A model generated the notes under the pieces. That model was not told the origin of the DNA. It searched no databases and worked only from the letters and a program-made list of their open reading frames with translations. This document shows positions 35,911 through 49,005 of a stretch of 64,000 nucleotides of DNA, in pieces. Source of the DNA: Eledone cirrhosa (lineage: Eukaryota); the NCBI GenBank assembly GCA_964016885.1, contig OZ024740.1:236964001-237028000 (forward strand). The letters are read 5' to 3'. Made by a program: the position numbers and the translations under genes. The stretch's first letter is position 1. Every line of letters starts with the position of its first letter.

Positions 35911-36974
35911 TTCCTACATGTAACTATTTCCTATTTATTGATTTTAATTGTTTCATTTTCATTAAGATCTGGAGTCAAGGGAGTGTATTACCAGTCACTT
36001 ATTACATTTTGGGTGTGGCAGAAACAGTTGATCATTATAACCTAGAGAATATGTATTTATCATTCCTATAAAATTCTGTACCAAATCACTGGACAGATTC
36101 TTTCAACTGATTAACCAGCTCTGTTGCCTGATTAATGAAACCTTGTGTCTGTTTGTCTTAGAATAAACAGAGAAACACAGCTAATTATTCCACTAATTAT
36201 TCATCCATATTTCTAAGTTTTAACATCTCAACTTTTGGAAAAGATAATCAATATTACACAAAATTATTTCCTCAGCATCTAATGTAATTAGATGGACCAA
36301 AACATTTTTTATTTTTATATATTTCATACAATAATTTAATTGGTAAAGATAAGTGACACCTTTCACTTGCAATATCCTCATATTCTAACACTTTCTAATT
36401 AAAATATATTTGTCCCTTAAAGGCTTGACTACAGTAATATAAAGTCATGGAGGAGGGGAATTAGTATATGCTACTGAACCTAAAAACCCAGTCCTCATTG
36501 ATAGGTGTGACTGTGCTCATCATTTGTCACCTCATCAAAAATTAATACATAAGTTTATGAAGGCATAGATTAAATATAGATTGAGAAATATGTGTGTTCG
36601 TTTCAATGTATGCATACATTCTTATATATACTTCATGAGTATGTATGTGCATGTGTTTGTCTATATTTGTGTATAAGAAAGAAGTGATGTCACCAGGCAA
36701 CAACAGATATACTTAATTGGACTTGCTCAGATATTACAAGAAGCATGTCTTATCAATTTTCTCAGAAGTTCAGTCATTCAGTCAATATGTGAATTGAAAT
36801 GAGGTCAGATAACCAACTAATAAAGTGCTTTTAAAATAACCCTTGTTTTTCCATACCTTGCTGTCAAAATTACTGCAGTAACTAGTTTGTTAATGGCTAA
36901 ATTGTCAGAAAAATATTTGATAGTATTTTGAACAATCATAAGGTCAGTTTTGTTGGGAATGTTAGTAATTTACC

Positions 36975-37110
36975 TGATGACAACAATAAAACTGACAACA
37001 ATGTTGACAACAATGACAAGAATGGTGGGTACAACAACAAAGACAATGACAACAATGGTGGGTACAACAACAAAGACAATGACAACAATGGTGAGAACAA
37101 CAACATCAAT
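36975..37110. repeat. AAC-rich low-complexity repeat with a 30-bp duplication
   Basis: aatggtgggtacaacaacaaagacaatgacaac occurs twice. Confidence 0.85.
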
Positions 37111-37219
37111 CTTAGCAATGGCAATGATTGATGTTAATGATGAAAGTGATGTTCATTACATGATGATGATGAAAATAAATTTATAGAAAAACCAGGAAGA
37201 GTAATATAAGGTCTAAACA

Positions 37220-38442
37220 CCTAAAGTCTGTCTCAACCTAGTCTAAAGTCAGTCTCAACCTAGCCTAAAGTCTGTCTCAACCTAGCCTAAAGTCTGTCTC
37301 AACCTAGCCTAAAGTCTGTCTCAACCTAGCCTAAAGTCTGTCTCAACCTAGCCTAAAGTCTGTCTCAACCTAGTCTAAAGTCTGTCTCAACCTAGTCTAA
37401 AGTCTGTCTCAACCTAGTCTAAAGTCTGTCTCAACCTAGTCTAAAGTCTGTCTCAACCTAGTCTATAGTCTGTCTCAACCTAGTCTATAGTCTGTCTCAA
37501 CCTAGTCTAAAGTCTGTCTCAACCTAGTCTATAGGCTGTCTCAACCTAGCCTAAAGTCTGTCTCAACGTAGCCTAAAGTCTGTCTCAACCTAGCCTAAAG
37601 TCTGTCTCAACCTAGCCTAAAGTCTGTCTCAACCTAGCCTAAAGTCTGTCTCAACCTAGCCTAAAGTCTGTCTCAACCTAGCCTAAAGTCTGTCTCAACC
37701 TAGTCTAAAGTCTGTCTCAACCTAGTCTAAAGTCTGTCTCAACCTAGTCTATAGTCTGTCTCAACCTAGTCTAAAGTCTGTCTCAACCTAGTCTATAGGC
37801 TGTCTCAACCTAGTCTAAAGTCTGTCTCAACCTAGCCTAAAGTCTGTCTCAACTTAGCCTAAAGTCTGTCTCAACCTAGCCTAAAGTCTGTCTCAACCTA
37901 ATCTAAAGTCTGTCTCAACCTAGCCTAAAGTCTGTCTCAACCTAGCCTAAAGTCTGTCTCAACCTAATCTAAAGTCTGTCTCAACCTAGCCTAAAGTCTG
38001 TCTCAACCTAGCCTAAAGTCTGTCTCAACCTAGCCTAAAGTCTGTCTCAACCTAATCTAAAGTCTGTCTCAACCTAGCCTAAAGTCTGTCTCAACCTAGC
38101 CTAAAGTCTGTCTCAACCTAATCTAAAGTCTGTCTCAACCTAGCCTAAAGTCTGTCTCAACCTAGCCTAAAGTCTGTCTCAACCTAGCCTAAAGTCTGTC
38201 TCAACCTAATCTAAAGTCTGTCTCAACCTAGCCTAAAGTCTGTCTCAACCTAGTCTAAAGTCTGTCTCAACCTAGTCTAAAGTCTGTCTCAACCTAGTCT
38301 AAAGTCTGTCTCAACCTAGTCTAAAGTCTGTCTCAACCTAGTCTAAAGTCTGTCTCAACCTAGTCTAAAGTCTGTCTCAACCTAGTCTAAAGTCTGTCTC
38401 AACCTAGTCTAAAGTTTGCCTCAACCTAGCCTAAAGTCTGTT
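37220..38442. repeat. 22-bp minisatellite, about 55 copies
   Basis: Unit ctaaagtctgtctcaacctag(c/t). Confidence 0.97.
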
Positions 38443-38716
38443 TCAAGACCGGAGTCCATTTAAATCAGTGCTTATCCCAGTTTCCAAGGCGTGAAGCAAC
38501 TGAGAGTACAAGACTCCTCCCTGGACATGATGCCAGTCCATTGCAGAGTTACAGCCCCAGCTACTGCTGGTACTCATTTTCAGCTGAGTATACTGGAGCA
38601 ATGTGAAATGAAGTGTTTTACTCAAGAATACAACACACAACCCAGTTCAAGAATCAAACCCATGACATTATGATCATAAGTCTAACACTTTTTACCACTA
38701 GGCCAAGCACCTCCAC
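38443..38716 (-). mobile_element. CORE-like SINE, third variant, abutting the 22-bp array
   Basis: Minus strand ggaggtgcttggcctagtgg head, CORE-like domain, gcaatggactggcatcatgtccaggg segment; ends ggtcttgaaacagacttta. Confidence 0.75.
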
Positions 38717-39036
38717 CTATTTGAATAGTAATGACATATATACTAAAGCAGTATCCAGCTTTGATGGGGAGAATTTATTATGAAGACCATAAATGAATAT
38801 TTTTTTTATTATTTTGAAATACAGCTGAGACAAATTAAACAATAAAAAATTGGAAAATAAATACATTTCATCAACGTTATCAAAACTGGGACTGTAGATG
38901 TAATAAGATTTTAGTTATAATAACTGAACATTGATCAGCTTTGGATGATTACTTATAAAACTATCAATGACAGCTGCTAAAGAGAGTCTAAAATTACACA
39001 AACATTTATAAAAGTCATATTTATGTCTATATAGAT

Positions 39037-39320
39037 CACTGTTTTTCAACCTTTTTACCCTTGTGGAACCCTTGAAATAGTTTTCATGTCTCAGGAAACC
39101 CCTGCATAAAAATGATTATATACCATTAGGTTGAAGCCTTTCTTATAATAGCCAAGAATTTTCCAACTATATACCATACATGTATAGTAAAATTACAAAT
39201 ATCAAATTAAACAAAAATTTCTCAAAATTAATTAACTTATTTATTACTGTTTCTCATGGAACCTTGAGCAATCTCTTGCAGAACCCTAGGGTTCCAAGGA
39301 ACACTGGTTGAGAAACGCTG
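39037..39320. mobile_element. hAT-type MITE
   Basis: TIRs cactgtttttcaacc / ggttgagaaacgctg; perfect 8-bp TSD atatagat (39029-39036 and 39321-39328); related fragment at about 32060-32105. Confidence 0.9.
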
Positions 39321-40409
39321 ATATAGATAGTGAAGCAAACAAAATGATTAAAGTTAAAGGGGTGAGCAAGATATATTTCTATGAACAGTCTTGTTTCAGA
39401 CCATGATTGCCTATCTTACTTGAGGAGGAGGAGGAGGCCGATGATGATGATAAAATATTTGTATTTATCAAGTCAGATAATCTTTTAATGCAGCTATTTA
39501 ATGAATTGAAATGTAGGAATATTTATGGTGGATAACTGAACATTTTAGATTTATTTTAAAAAAAAACTGATTTGCTTCTTTTTCTCTTTATATGAATGAT
39601 TATCTGTTTTCCACTAATGTTCTATAGTGCACTGATCACACTAGCTCACTGTTCTTGTCAGAACCAGTTTTGTTGATTGATTGATAATGATGTTGTCTTT
39701 TATATTTATTACGATAAGAATCAGTGATCAATTTAAATTATTTTTCCAGTCTTGACCTATAGTCAATCTAATTCTATTATATACTAATTGTAACATAGTC
39801 TTGACTTTAACATTAACGATTCCAGTGCTATGAAGAGAAAAATAATTTTAGGAAAATTCCAGTAAACTCAAATGTCTTAATTTATTTAAAAGTCCTTAAT
39901 TTAAATTTAATATATTTTAGATATAATTAAATGTTATATATATAAAAACCAGGCCAAATCAATGTACATAAAACGTAGGTTTTATTTATAAAATTCCAAG
40001 ATAAACAAAAATTACGGTGAGTTGATTTGCCATGAGAGGTGAAAAATCCATTTTCAACATTTGTCTGCCTTTCGGGGGGGGGGGGGGGGGGGGGTTAAAG
40101 TGATATGGGGGGCAGTACATGTGGACAGAAGAAAAAAGTAGATGAGAGGTTGTTAAGGTAATAGGTAGAGGAGATAGAAATAGAGAAAGCTGGCCAAATA
40201 TATGAAGGGACAAAGAGACAAAAATATGAGGTTGGGGGATGGCAGGAGTGATCAGAACAATGGAAAATATAGGATGGTAGGAAAAGAATGCAAAAAACTG
40301 GTACAGAGAATGGAAGAAAATGCAGTATTATATGAAGAAAGATATGTGCTACATCTTATGTATCATGTCCATATCAGTGCAGCCTTCTTTTTTTTCTACA
40401 CTCAATCTG

Positions 40410-41050
40410 ATTTCTCTTATATCCATAACATATCCAAAGGAGCATGCAGGCCTCATTTCTTTCTAACCACTGCAGATCTTCTGCATTCAAGACTTATGTT
40501 TTGTTATGTAGCATCATACATCAAGCATCATTGAGTCTGCCTTTCAATCAGAGAGAAAATCCTTTGTTGCCAGCAGAGATAACAGTTCCCTAAACTTTTT
40601 CCACCCTCTTTTGGCCCAATATGCATTCAGTACATCCTCTTCCACTACCTTTGAGATCACCAAGGTAACAGAAACTGTCAACTACTTCTAAAGTGCTTTC
40701 CAAGCATTTGAGAGAATTTACTTTTGTCTATCTTATTGCTAATTATTCCTGTGCATTTTCCCCATATGAAAACTACCTTTTCAATCAGCCTGAATGTAGT
40801 CCTAGTACACCTCTTGTATGTCTATAGGTTATACTGGGTACACCATATGGAATTTCTACATACTTCCTTTTTTCATATCGTGCAGGACCACTTCCCTGAG
40901 AGTATCAGACATGTTTTGTTTTTTTCCTACTTACTAAGACTTTGGTTTTTCCTGAATTTAATCTGAGGCCTTTTGATTCCAGGTTTTGCTTCCATGTCTG
41001 GAATTTCCTACTTCTAGAGATTCCACTATGAAAACTAAGTCATCAGCATT
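40410..41050 (-). mobile_element. Old degenerate RTE LINE fragment (ADD motif to post-PHD region)
   Basis: Nucleotide similarity to 19540-20180 with many stops. Confidence 0.75.
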
Positions 41051-41704
41051 TTTATACACACACATTCATTACACAGAAAAAGCATATATATATATATATA
41101 ATACACATATCTACGAAACGTATAATTATATGTATCAACATTCAATCGACATTCGTCAAATTGGACTGAGGGAACAATGTTTCCATTGGTCTTTCCAATT
41201 GCTAATACTATCTATCGGTCGCAACTCCAGGTAGAAGGAGCAACGTGAAATAAGTGTCTTGCCCAAGGACATAATGCATCGTCCGGTCTGGGAATCAAAC
41301 TCACAACCTCACGATTGCGAATCCAGTTCTCTAGCCACTCAGCCACGTGCCTTCACATTATATGTATACAGTGTTTTATTTATTGTAGCTACCAATATAA
41401 GGTCAATAACCGAATTTGTTTATTGCTTCTCAAACACAGAACTAGGTGAATATGCTTGTTAGAATAGAAAAATTGATGTAACATTTAGTTTATTGGTTGG
41501 GAGTGGCTATACCACCTTAAAAGATAAAATAAAATTGATTTTATTAAATGAAAGACTTTAATATTTCTGTAATTACAAGACAATTTAGATTGTAAACACT
41601 AGTAAACAGTAAGTAAACACAAACATTGTTTAAAACTTTACACCAGCATCATAGATATCTATCACTTTTAGTATTTCAACAGTCAACTTTATATTCTTAT
41701 AGTA

Positions 41705-42030
41705 GTACAGGCACTCCGTTGGTTATGACTACGAGTGTTCCAGTTGATCCGATCAATGGAACAGCCTGCACATGAAATTAACGTGCAAGTGGCTGAGCAT
41801 TCCACAGACACACATACCCTTACTGCAGTTCTCAGGGCGATTTAGCATGACCTGGAATGTGACAAGGCTGGTCCTTCAAATTACAGGTACAGCTCATTTT
41901 TGCCAGCTGAGTGGACTGGTGCAATGTGAAATAAAGTGTCTTGCTCAAGATAACGTGTCACCAAGAATCAAACTCACGACCTTATTATTGTGAGGTGAAT
42001 ACCCTAACTACAAAGCCATGCACCTTCACA
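41705..42030 (-). mobile_element. CORE-like SINE, fourth tail variant
   Basis: gcaatgtgaaataaagtgtcttgctcaag core; the tail is related to 28430-28720. Confidence 0.7.
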
Positions 42031-42169
42031 TACTTCTGACACTAACAGTGTTTAAATAACTAGTATAACTGTTTAGGACATGAACCAAAGCCCCAATTAT
42101 GTCTGTAAAAGCTAACAACAATCTTCTATAGATATATTTCAATTTTGAATTTTTTTCTCAGATGAAAAT

Positions 42170-42472
42170 AACCTTACACTTGCCAGTCATGATACCACTT
42201 CCAACCCGGCTGCATGCACATGTTAATCCTTTTCATGTAAATAATGAACAGGAGAGGTGACAGTATGTGCCCTTGGCCGAGTCTGACTCCCACAGTGAAT
42301 GGTTTCGATTTAGCACCATTTATCCAAACACAAATACTTGGGCATTCATATAGAGACATCAGGGCAGCAAGGAGCTGAACATCGATTCCATACTCCTGCA
42401 GAACCTTGCACAGCAGGTCTCGAGGAACATGGTCATATGCGTTTTCAAGATTGACAAAACAAGAATATACAA
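42170..42472 (-). mobile_element. RTE-like RT fragment (different family)
   Basis: CFVNLENAYDHVPRDLL...[19 protein letters not shown]. Confidence 0.75.
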
Positions 42473-43680
42473 TCACATTTCAACTAATAATTGTTTCTAC
42501 TTTTGGCACAAGGCCAGCAACTACTGAGCCAGATGTGAAATGCAGACTTCATTTCAACTTTTTCCACATATGGGTTATGTATGAATGTAAATATGGCTTA
42601 TGTATGGATTACATACATATGTAGTGTAAATTATGAACATAGAAGTAATAATAAAATAGTTTCAGTTCTTTGCTTCTAATGGGGGGGGGGGGGGGGTAGC
42701 TCCCCTCAGAATTATAGTCTTATGCCAAGTGGCTCATCTGACATACTCCTCTCTTGTCTGGCCTGCTTTCCTCCCACATACTTTTACTCCAGACATTAAT
42801 CTATAGATGTTCAGACTGGCATTCACCACACTTGTCTAACTAGATAGGTTAGACACAATATATACCTATATAATCCTTCTTAAAGTTACCGATCAGTTAA
42901 ATCAAATTCTTCATAATTTATTATTTTTATTCATGGTTGGTGATAGGAAGGCCATCCAGCCATAGAGAACTTGTCAAACAAAGGGTTGGGAGGGATCTTC
43001 AGCTATGCCATAAACATGACAACTTCCCTAGTGTCAGTGCTAGAATAAAATGCACTCAGTAGAGCATTGGGTCATATGTCAAGTCACAAGCCTACCTGGA
43101 GGTCAGAAAGAGCTCTGCTTGAGTACTGACCAGTGTGTGACATTATATGCAACCCTTGCTAGGAGGGAAAATGGATGTTAGATGATGATGATGATGATGA
43201 TGATGATAGAATTTGCCAATTTATACACACCTTCCTTCTAATTTTTCTATTTTAAACACTCCTTGCATTTTGCTTTTCTTTTTAACCCATTCAGTGTGCA
43301 GAAACATGTTTTGCCAGTAAAATAGGTTTGTTTTCTAATCTTGCTAAGTCTCAAAGTCCATATATCTGCTCTAATTATTCCCACATAACTGTTGCCCTAT
43401 TTGACTCCACAGTTAAAGAATAATAAAAACATGTACATAATAAATGAACACTTCAGTCTGTCATATCAGATGATATTGTGTTGCAGTTGCAATGAAAATA
43501 TAATTATGTGTCTAATCAATAATCCAAATCACAGCAATTGTAGGAAACTAATAACATGATTTTTTACTATGAAAATCTCTTTCATTCTGAAATAATTTAA
43601 TTATATATGTTTATAAGAAAATTAAGTGAAATTATTCTAACCAAACATTACACTAAAAAGAAAGTAAAGATGTATTTTAC

Positions 43681-43729
43681 CTCGATGGAAAAGTCTCTGT
43701 CAACACTGTATCGTGTTCGTAAATATTTC
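43681..43729 (-). CDS. Candidate 49-nt internal coding exon of an unidentified gene ((R)KYLRTRYSVDRDFSIE)
   Basis: atatttttcag|GAAATA...ATCGAG|gtaaaa; one frame is open; CpG-containing unique sequence; phase-compatible with 55122-55165. Confidence 0.5.
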
Positions 43730-45279
43730 CTGAAAAATATTAAGTCAAATTTATTAGAGATGAATTTATCTCACATATTTTGATTAAAAAGAATTAGACT
43801 CAAAATTTATTATTATTAGATCAATAATGCATTACAATAATGTGGGTACCATTTGAGAGAAGAAAGAAAAGGAGAAGACAAAGACATGGTAATATACTTT
43901 TAAAGAAGACTTAAAAGAGCTTAACATCCCATGAGAAGTGACATGTGACCGAGCATAGAACCGGGATAGTTAGGGACTTCCTATACCAGATGTGTAGCAT
44001 GTCTGTTGGGAGGAAGTAACAACAAAGATAAGAAAAATGTTTTTAAAAATATTTTTCAAGAAAACTTCAGTTTTCGCTTGAATATATTGGTTTTTACATA
44101 TCCCAATGTATTTTTAGTTTTATATTTAAATATTCTGTTTATACCGGCATTCCACAACTTATCTATCTAAATACACAATATTCATTTTCATTAGACATTA
44201 CTATAATATAAACATGAACATGCAGTTAATTATTAGGTGGGATAGAATTTTTTCCTAGCATTGGTTTCCTTTATCTTTTCAGCCACATTATTGGAGAATG
44301 CCATAATTTTTGTTGGCAAGTAAGAAACCTAAAAATGACAAATGACATGAACTTCAAAACAAACTCTAGCAGTCTACTATTCTGTGCTAGTTATACAAAA
44401 TGGTGTCGAAACAACATTGTTCACAAATGTGGACAACAGAATTAAAAATGTATCTCCTTTAATCAATTTTTATTAAAATAACTGTAGTTTTAATGAACAT
44501 AATGCATTCAATTAAGACAAATAAAGGATTCTTTCCCTTCCTAAACAAAAAAAGCAGAGATATTCATACACATATTGTTTCCTAAAAAGTATTGCATCAT
44601 ATGTGTACTTGTGTGTACATACACATACACATGTCACACCCTACTGTCTTAAAAAAGTGAAAGAAACATTGTATAGTGTAGTCTTAGATACACTATATCT
44701 GGACAAAAATAAGAGAGGATGGCAAGAATAATTTGCAGCTAAACAAATACAGTATTAGTATTCCTGTACTTTCTGGAAATGTTCCATCACCCCCCTACCA
44801 TTCTCAACAAGAAATTCTTCACACAGAGATGAAAACTGAATTTCTTATATCTGATATCATGAATATGACAGATATTTGTTCTTTAACCCTAATGAGACCC
44901 TAATCAAACAGACCTATGATCACAAGCATTCTGGTTATGGCCATCCTATTCTCTTAGCAGTTTATAAGATTAAATTATTTTAATGTAAAAACAAATAACG
45001 AAACGAAATTAAATTTCGTTTCGTTTGTAACTCACTTTTGTATGACTGACGCTTAAACAATTAAGTTAAAAATGTACATCCACATATGTATACTGAAATA
45101 CTAGTATGCATATGAATACACACACGTGTACATATGTAGATGTACCGAGTTTTTCACTGGACACTTTACTGTGAGTGTCCAGCTATTCTGTATGTAAACA
45201 CACAGACAAACCGGTTTTTAGAGTCATACTGGTTTTCGAGGAAACACCTTTCCTCTATTCTCCAGAAAGCCAGACAAGG

Positions 45280-45324
45280 AATATTGGACTAGTTTCGATG
45301 TTGTTACATCTCATCAGCAATATT
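45280..45324 (-). ncRNA. Minimal type I hammerhead ribozyme (canonical)
   Basis: AATATTG-CTGATGA-GATGT-aaca-ACATC-GAAA-ctag-TC-CAATATT: perfect 7-bp stem I, 5-bp stem II with G10.1-C11.1, palindromic ACTAGT stem III, GUC triplet. Confidence 0.92.
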
Positions 45325-45367
45325 TACCTATCTTCCGGCCTTTCTAGAGAATCGTAAAAGCACATAT

Positions 45368-45429
45368 CGTTATATGCTTTTTCTATGAAAATTAGTAGTG
45401 GGCAGACTAATTTGCATAGAGCGTGAGTA
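45368..45429 (-). promoter_or_regulatory. Putative snRNA-type promoter module (octamer 45410-45417, TATA-like catataa at about 45370-45376)
   Basis: Conserved with 25726-25786; function is inferred only. Confidence 0.4.
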
Positions 45430-45689
45430 CGTACCGGTTCAGCGGAGACGATAAAAACAAATAACGAAACGAAATTAAATTTTGTTTCGTTTGTAACTCA
45501 CTTTTGTATGACTGACGCTTAAACAATTAAGTTAAAAATGTACAACCACATATGTATACTGAAATACTAAATGTGTTCTTCATTTAAGATGGCAGGGCAT
45601 CATTTGCCAGAGATCTGGCTGTTGTTCACATGTTGAGCGACCATATAGTGACTCATTCAGTTGTAGTTTTATTATATAGTTAGATTGAG

Positions 45690-45900
45690 GGTGGTGGTTT
45701 GGCAAAATTATTAAAGTGTCAAACAAAATGCTTTGCAGCATTTGATTACAGCTATTTACATTCCAAGTTCAAATCCTACCAAGGTCAACTTTGCCATTCA
45801 TCTTTTGAGGTAATAAAATAAAGTACCAGTGAAGTACTTGATATAATCGATTTTATCCTCCACCCAAAAATTGCTGGCTCTGTGCCTAAATTGGTGACCA
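45690..45900 (+). mobile_element. Degenerate family-A-related SINE
   Basis: aagttcaaatcctaccaaggtcaactttgccattcatc...aaataaagtaccagt. Confidence 0.65.
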
Positions 45901-46029
45901 TTTATATAGTCAAATAGGGTGCAGCATGGAATTTTTCATCAGAAAAGATGTTCTGCCCCAGCATCTGACATAAGTACCCCACAGGTATAGTGTTAAAATA
46001 ACAACAAAATATAAAGTAGAATATAATAA

Positions 46030-47664
46030 AAAATGGTAAGGCTGCTGGACCATCGGGTATAGTTGCTGAGATGCTGAAGGCATCAGGGGACGTAGGCACT
46101 AAACTGGTTGTACGCATCATCAATTAGGCTCTATATGGTGGTGTCATACCCAAAGACTGGTGCAGCAGTATTCTCATAAATTGCTACAAAGGTAAAGGGG
46201 ATGCTCTGGAGAGGAGCAATTATAGGGGTATAAAACTGATGGATCAGGTTATGAAAGTGGCAGAAAGGATATTAGCACAACTAATTAGAGAAAGGGTCAA
46301 ACTAGATGAGATGCAGTTTGGTTTTGTGCCTGGGAAGAGTACAACAGATGCCCTCTTCTTGGTGAGACAATTGCAAGAGAGGTTCTTAGAGAAAAATAAG
46401 CCACTATACTTAGCCTTTGTTGACCTAGAGAAGGCCTTTGATAGGGTACCCCCGATCGGTCATCTGGTGGTCCCTAAGGAAACTAGGTGTTGAGGAATGG
46501 CTTGTGAGGACAGTGCAAACTTTGTACAGAGGTACTCTCAGTAAAGTCAGGGTAGGAATGGAATTTAGTGATGAATTCCAGATACAAGTAGGAGTACATC
46601 AAGGTCCGATCCTCAGCCCGCACTTGTTCATTATAGTCCTCCAAGCCATAACAGAGGAGTTTAAAACTGGCTGTCCATGGGAACTTCTCTATGCTGATGA
46701 TCTGGTTCTTATAGCAGAATCAGTAGAGGAGCTAGAGAAGAAATTCTGGCTATAGAAACAGCAGTTGGAAGCAAGAGGACTGAGAGTGACCCAGCTAAGA
46801 CAAAAGTGTTGATGAGTAGAAAAGAGCACAAAACTCTGATTCCGTCAGGGAAATGGCCATGTTCGATATGCAGAAAAGGAACTGGCATAAATTCTATAAA
46901 ATGCACACAATGCAGATCCTGGGTACACAAGAGATGTAGCGGGATAGCAGGCAAACTAACAGGTAGGGAGAAATATGTATGAAGTAGATGTACAGGGAAA
47001 TTAGACAGTAGAAGTCACATTGATAGACACATTTTTCAAATGCAGGAGGGTGCTATAGAAGTGGTAGATAGCTTCCGGTACCTAGGAGATCAGATTAGCA
47101 TGGGAGGAGGGTGTTCCGAGGCCATAGTATCTAAAATAAGGACAGGTTGGAAGAAGTTTAGGGAGCTGCTTCCTCTGCTGACGAAGAAGGGTTTCTCCCA
47201 TGTTATGCACTCCCAGTTGTATGATGCCTGTATGAGGAGTGCGATGCTGCATGGTAGTGAGACATGGGCAGCAACTGCAGAGGATATGCGACAATTGGAG
47301 AGAAATGAGGCATGCAGTGTAAATGTGCGTGAACGACCCAGCATAAATGTGTTGAGAGAGAAACTGTGTCTGAGAGGGATAGAATGTAGTGTACGGGAGA
47401 GGAGACTGAGGTGGTATGGACATGTGATGCGCATGGAGGATGACCGATGGGTGAAGAAGTGCCAGGAAATGCCAGTTGAAGGAAGATGTGGTAGAGGTAG
47501 ACCACGAAAAACATGGGCGGAGGTGGTGAGAACAGACCTCAGATCGTTGAAGCTCACGGTGGAGATGACGAAGGACCGTGACGAGTGGGGAGATGCTGTG
47601 CTGAATAAGACCCGTCCCACCCTTGCGAGCAGGGAAGAGCAGACGTAAAATGATGATGATGATG
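46030..47664 (+). mobile_element. 5'-truncated RTE LINE (short-tail subfamily), copy C
   Basis: [40 protein letters not shown] remnant, [12 protein letters not shown]; the stop codon is followed directly by (ATG)n. Confidence 0.95.
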
Positions 47665-47891
47665 AATACAGTGATTCCCACACTAACAAATCTATCATAG
47701 CTTCAGGTAAGGTGTAATGAGATTCAGTAGGTTAGAATAACTCTCTAACCGGCCATTCCACAAATAGTTTTTTAATATTTTCATATCTTGCTAATTATCA
47801 TTCATCACAGTATTATTCTTGAAAATGTTTTTTCCCCCCAAAGTGATATAATTCAACCCTCAGCTGATTTATCCCTAATCACAAGAAAGTG

Positions 47892-47926
<35 letters not shown>

Positions 47927-47987
47927 TGTGTGTGTGTGTGTGCGCGCGTGCGCGTGCGCGCGCGCATACTTGTGTGTGTGTGTGTGT
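47892..47987. repeat. (TG)n-(CG)n alternating purine-pyrimidine tract
   Basis: Direct reading. Confidence 0.95.
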
Positions 47988-48514
47988 AACATTGAAATCC
48001 AAAGTGCATGATATATTAGTCAACCAGTTCACGATTCTCTCAGAAAGCAATAACAAGTGGGTGATGGTAGAGGAGGCTGTGGTGATGATGGTTGCAGTGG
48101 TGGTGGTTTTAGTAGTAAACTTCATACACAATGTACTTTACTTTCATTCCAGCATCAAATCTACTTATATTTACTGAACTATAAGTTAATTTTTGAATTT
48201 CATTTCTATTCAAACAACTTAAAAAGAGAAGTGTCCAACCGAAATTACAGCAGCTATTTATAACATCTTATTGTGAATGAATTTAGTTGTGAAACGGTAT
48301 GAAACTAAATCAATAATTAATCTTATTAAAAACATCATAAGACAATGTACAGTGAATATTATTATTATCATCTGTCAATAAAAATTAGTTGAACATGTAA
48401 AAATAACATAAATTTGACAGTATATTTTATTCATTCATGTAAAATAACAATTCACTTATCTACATCCTCTAGTATATTCAAAGGAATATTTTAAAAGTAA
48501 AGTCATGGAGTATC

Positions 48515-49005
48515 TATCTATCTAGGGCAGGTAAAATTCCCAAGATCCATGGATGAGTTCTCTCCAGTGGTCTCTGTCCCTCATTATTGCTGCCCTGTCC
48601 TGCGTCTCCAACAGACCAGTGTCTGTCCTTAGGGCATCAACATACGTTAACCTTGGTCTTCCACTTCCAGTGTGTCCATGCAGGGGCTCCCACAGGAGCA
48701 CTGAATGTAGTGTCAACTCTGGATGTCATTGAGCATGTCCAGCTAACCTCAGTCTCCTCTGTGTCACTTTTGAGCTGACTTTTGGGAGACTTCCGTACAG
48801 CTCTGAGTTTTTCATCCTCAGTGTATACTGATTAATGTTCAGAGCCATCCTCAGCATTGTCGTGTAGCACCCATGCACCATCTGAGTGAGTTTCTTGGTC
48901 AGTGTCCAAGTCTCAGACCTGTACAGCAGCACAGACTCCACTACAGCAATGAAGAGGCGGATCTTCAGGTCTCACGAAGGTCCGACTTCCACACCAATTT
49001 CAAGC
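48515..49005 (-). mobile_element. RTE-like LINE C-terminal fragment (third family)
   Basis: ESVLLYRSETWTLTKKL...RRLRLAGH; LLWEPLHGHTGSGRPRLTYVD. Confidence 0.85.

Larger units (their letters stand above)
44986..45569 (-). mobile_element. Retrozyme-like element: 466-bp monomer plus 118-bp terminal redundancy, with hammerhead
   Basis: 44986-45103 repeats at 45452-45569 with 2 substitutions; no ORF of note; hammerhead at 45280-45324. Confidence 0.8.

Noticed and set aside
37220-38442. CRISPR-like appearance of tandem arrays (also 30700-31480 and 58437-58862)
   Set aside because: No unique spacers, no cas genes, eukaryotic context.
44981-45575. TRIM/LTR interpretation of the 118-bp direct repeats
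   Set aside because: The repeats lack TG...CA ends, PBS and PPT. The flanking aatgt match may be chance. A hammerhead-type partial tandem fits better.
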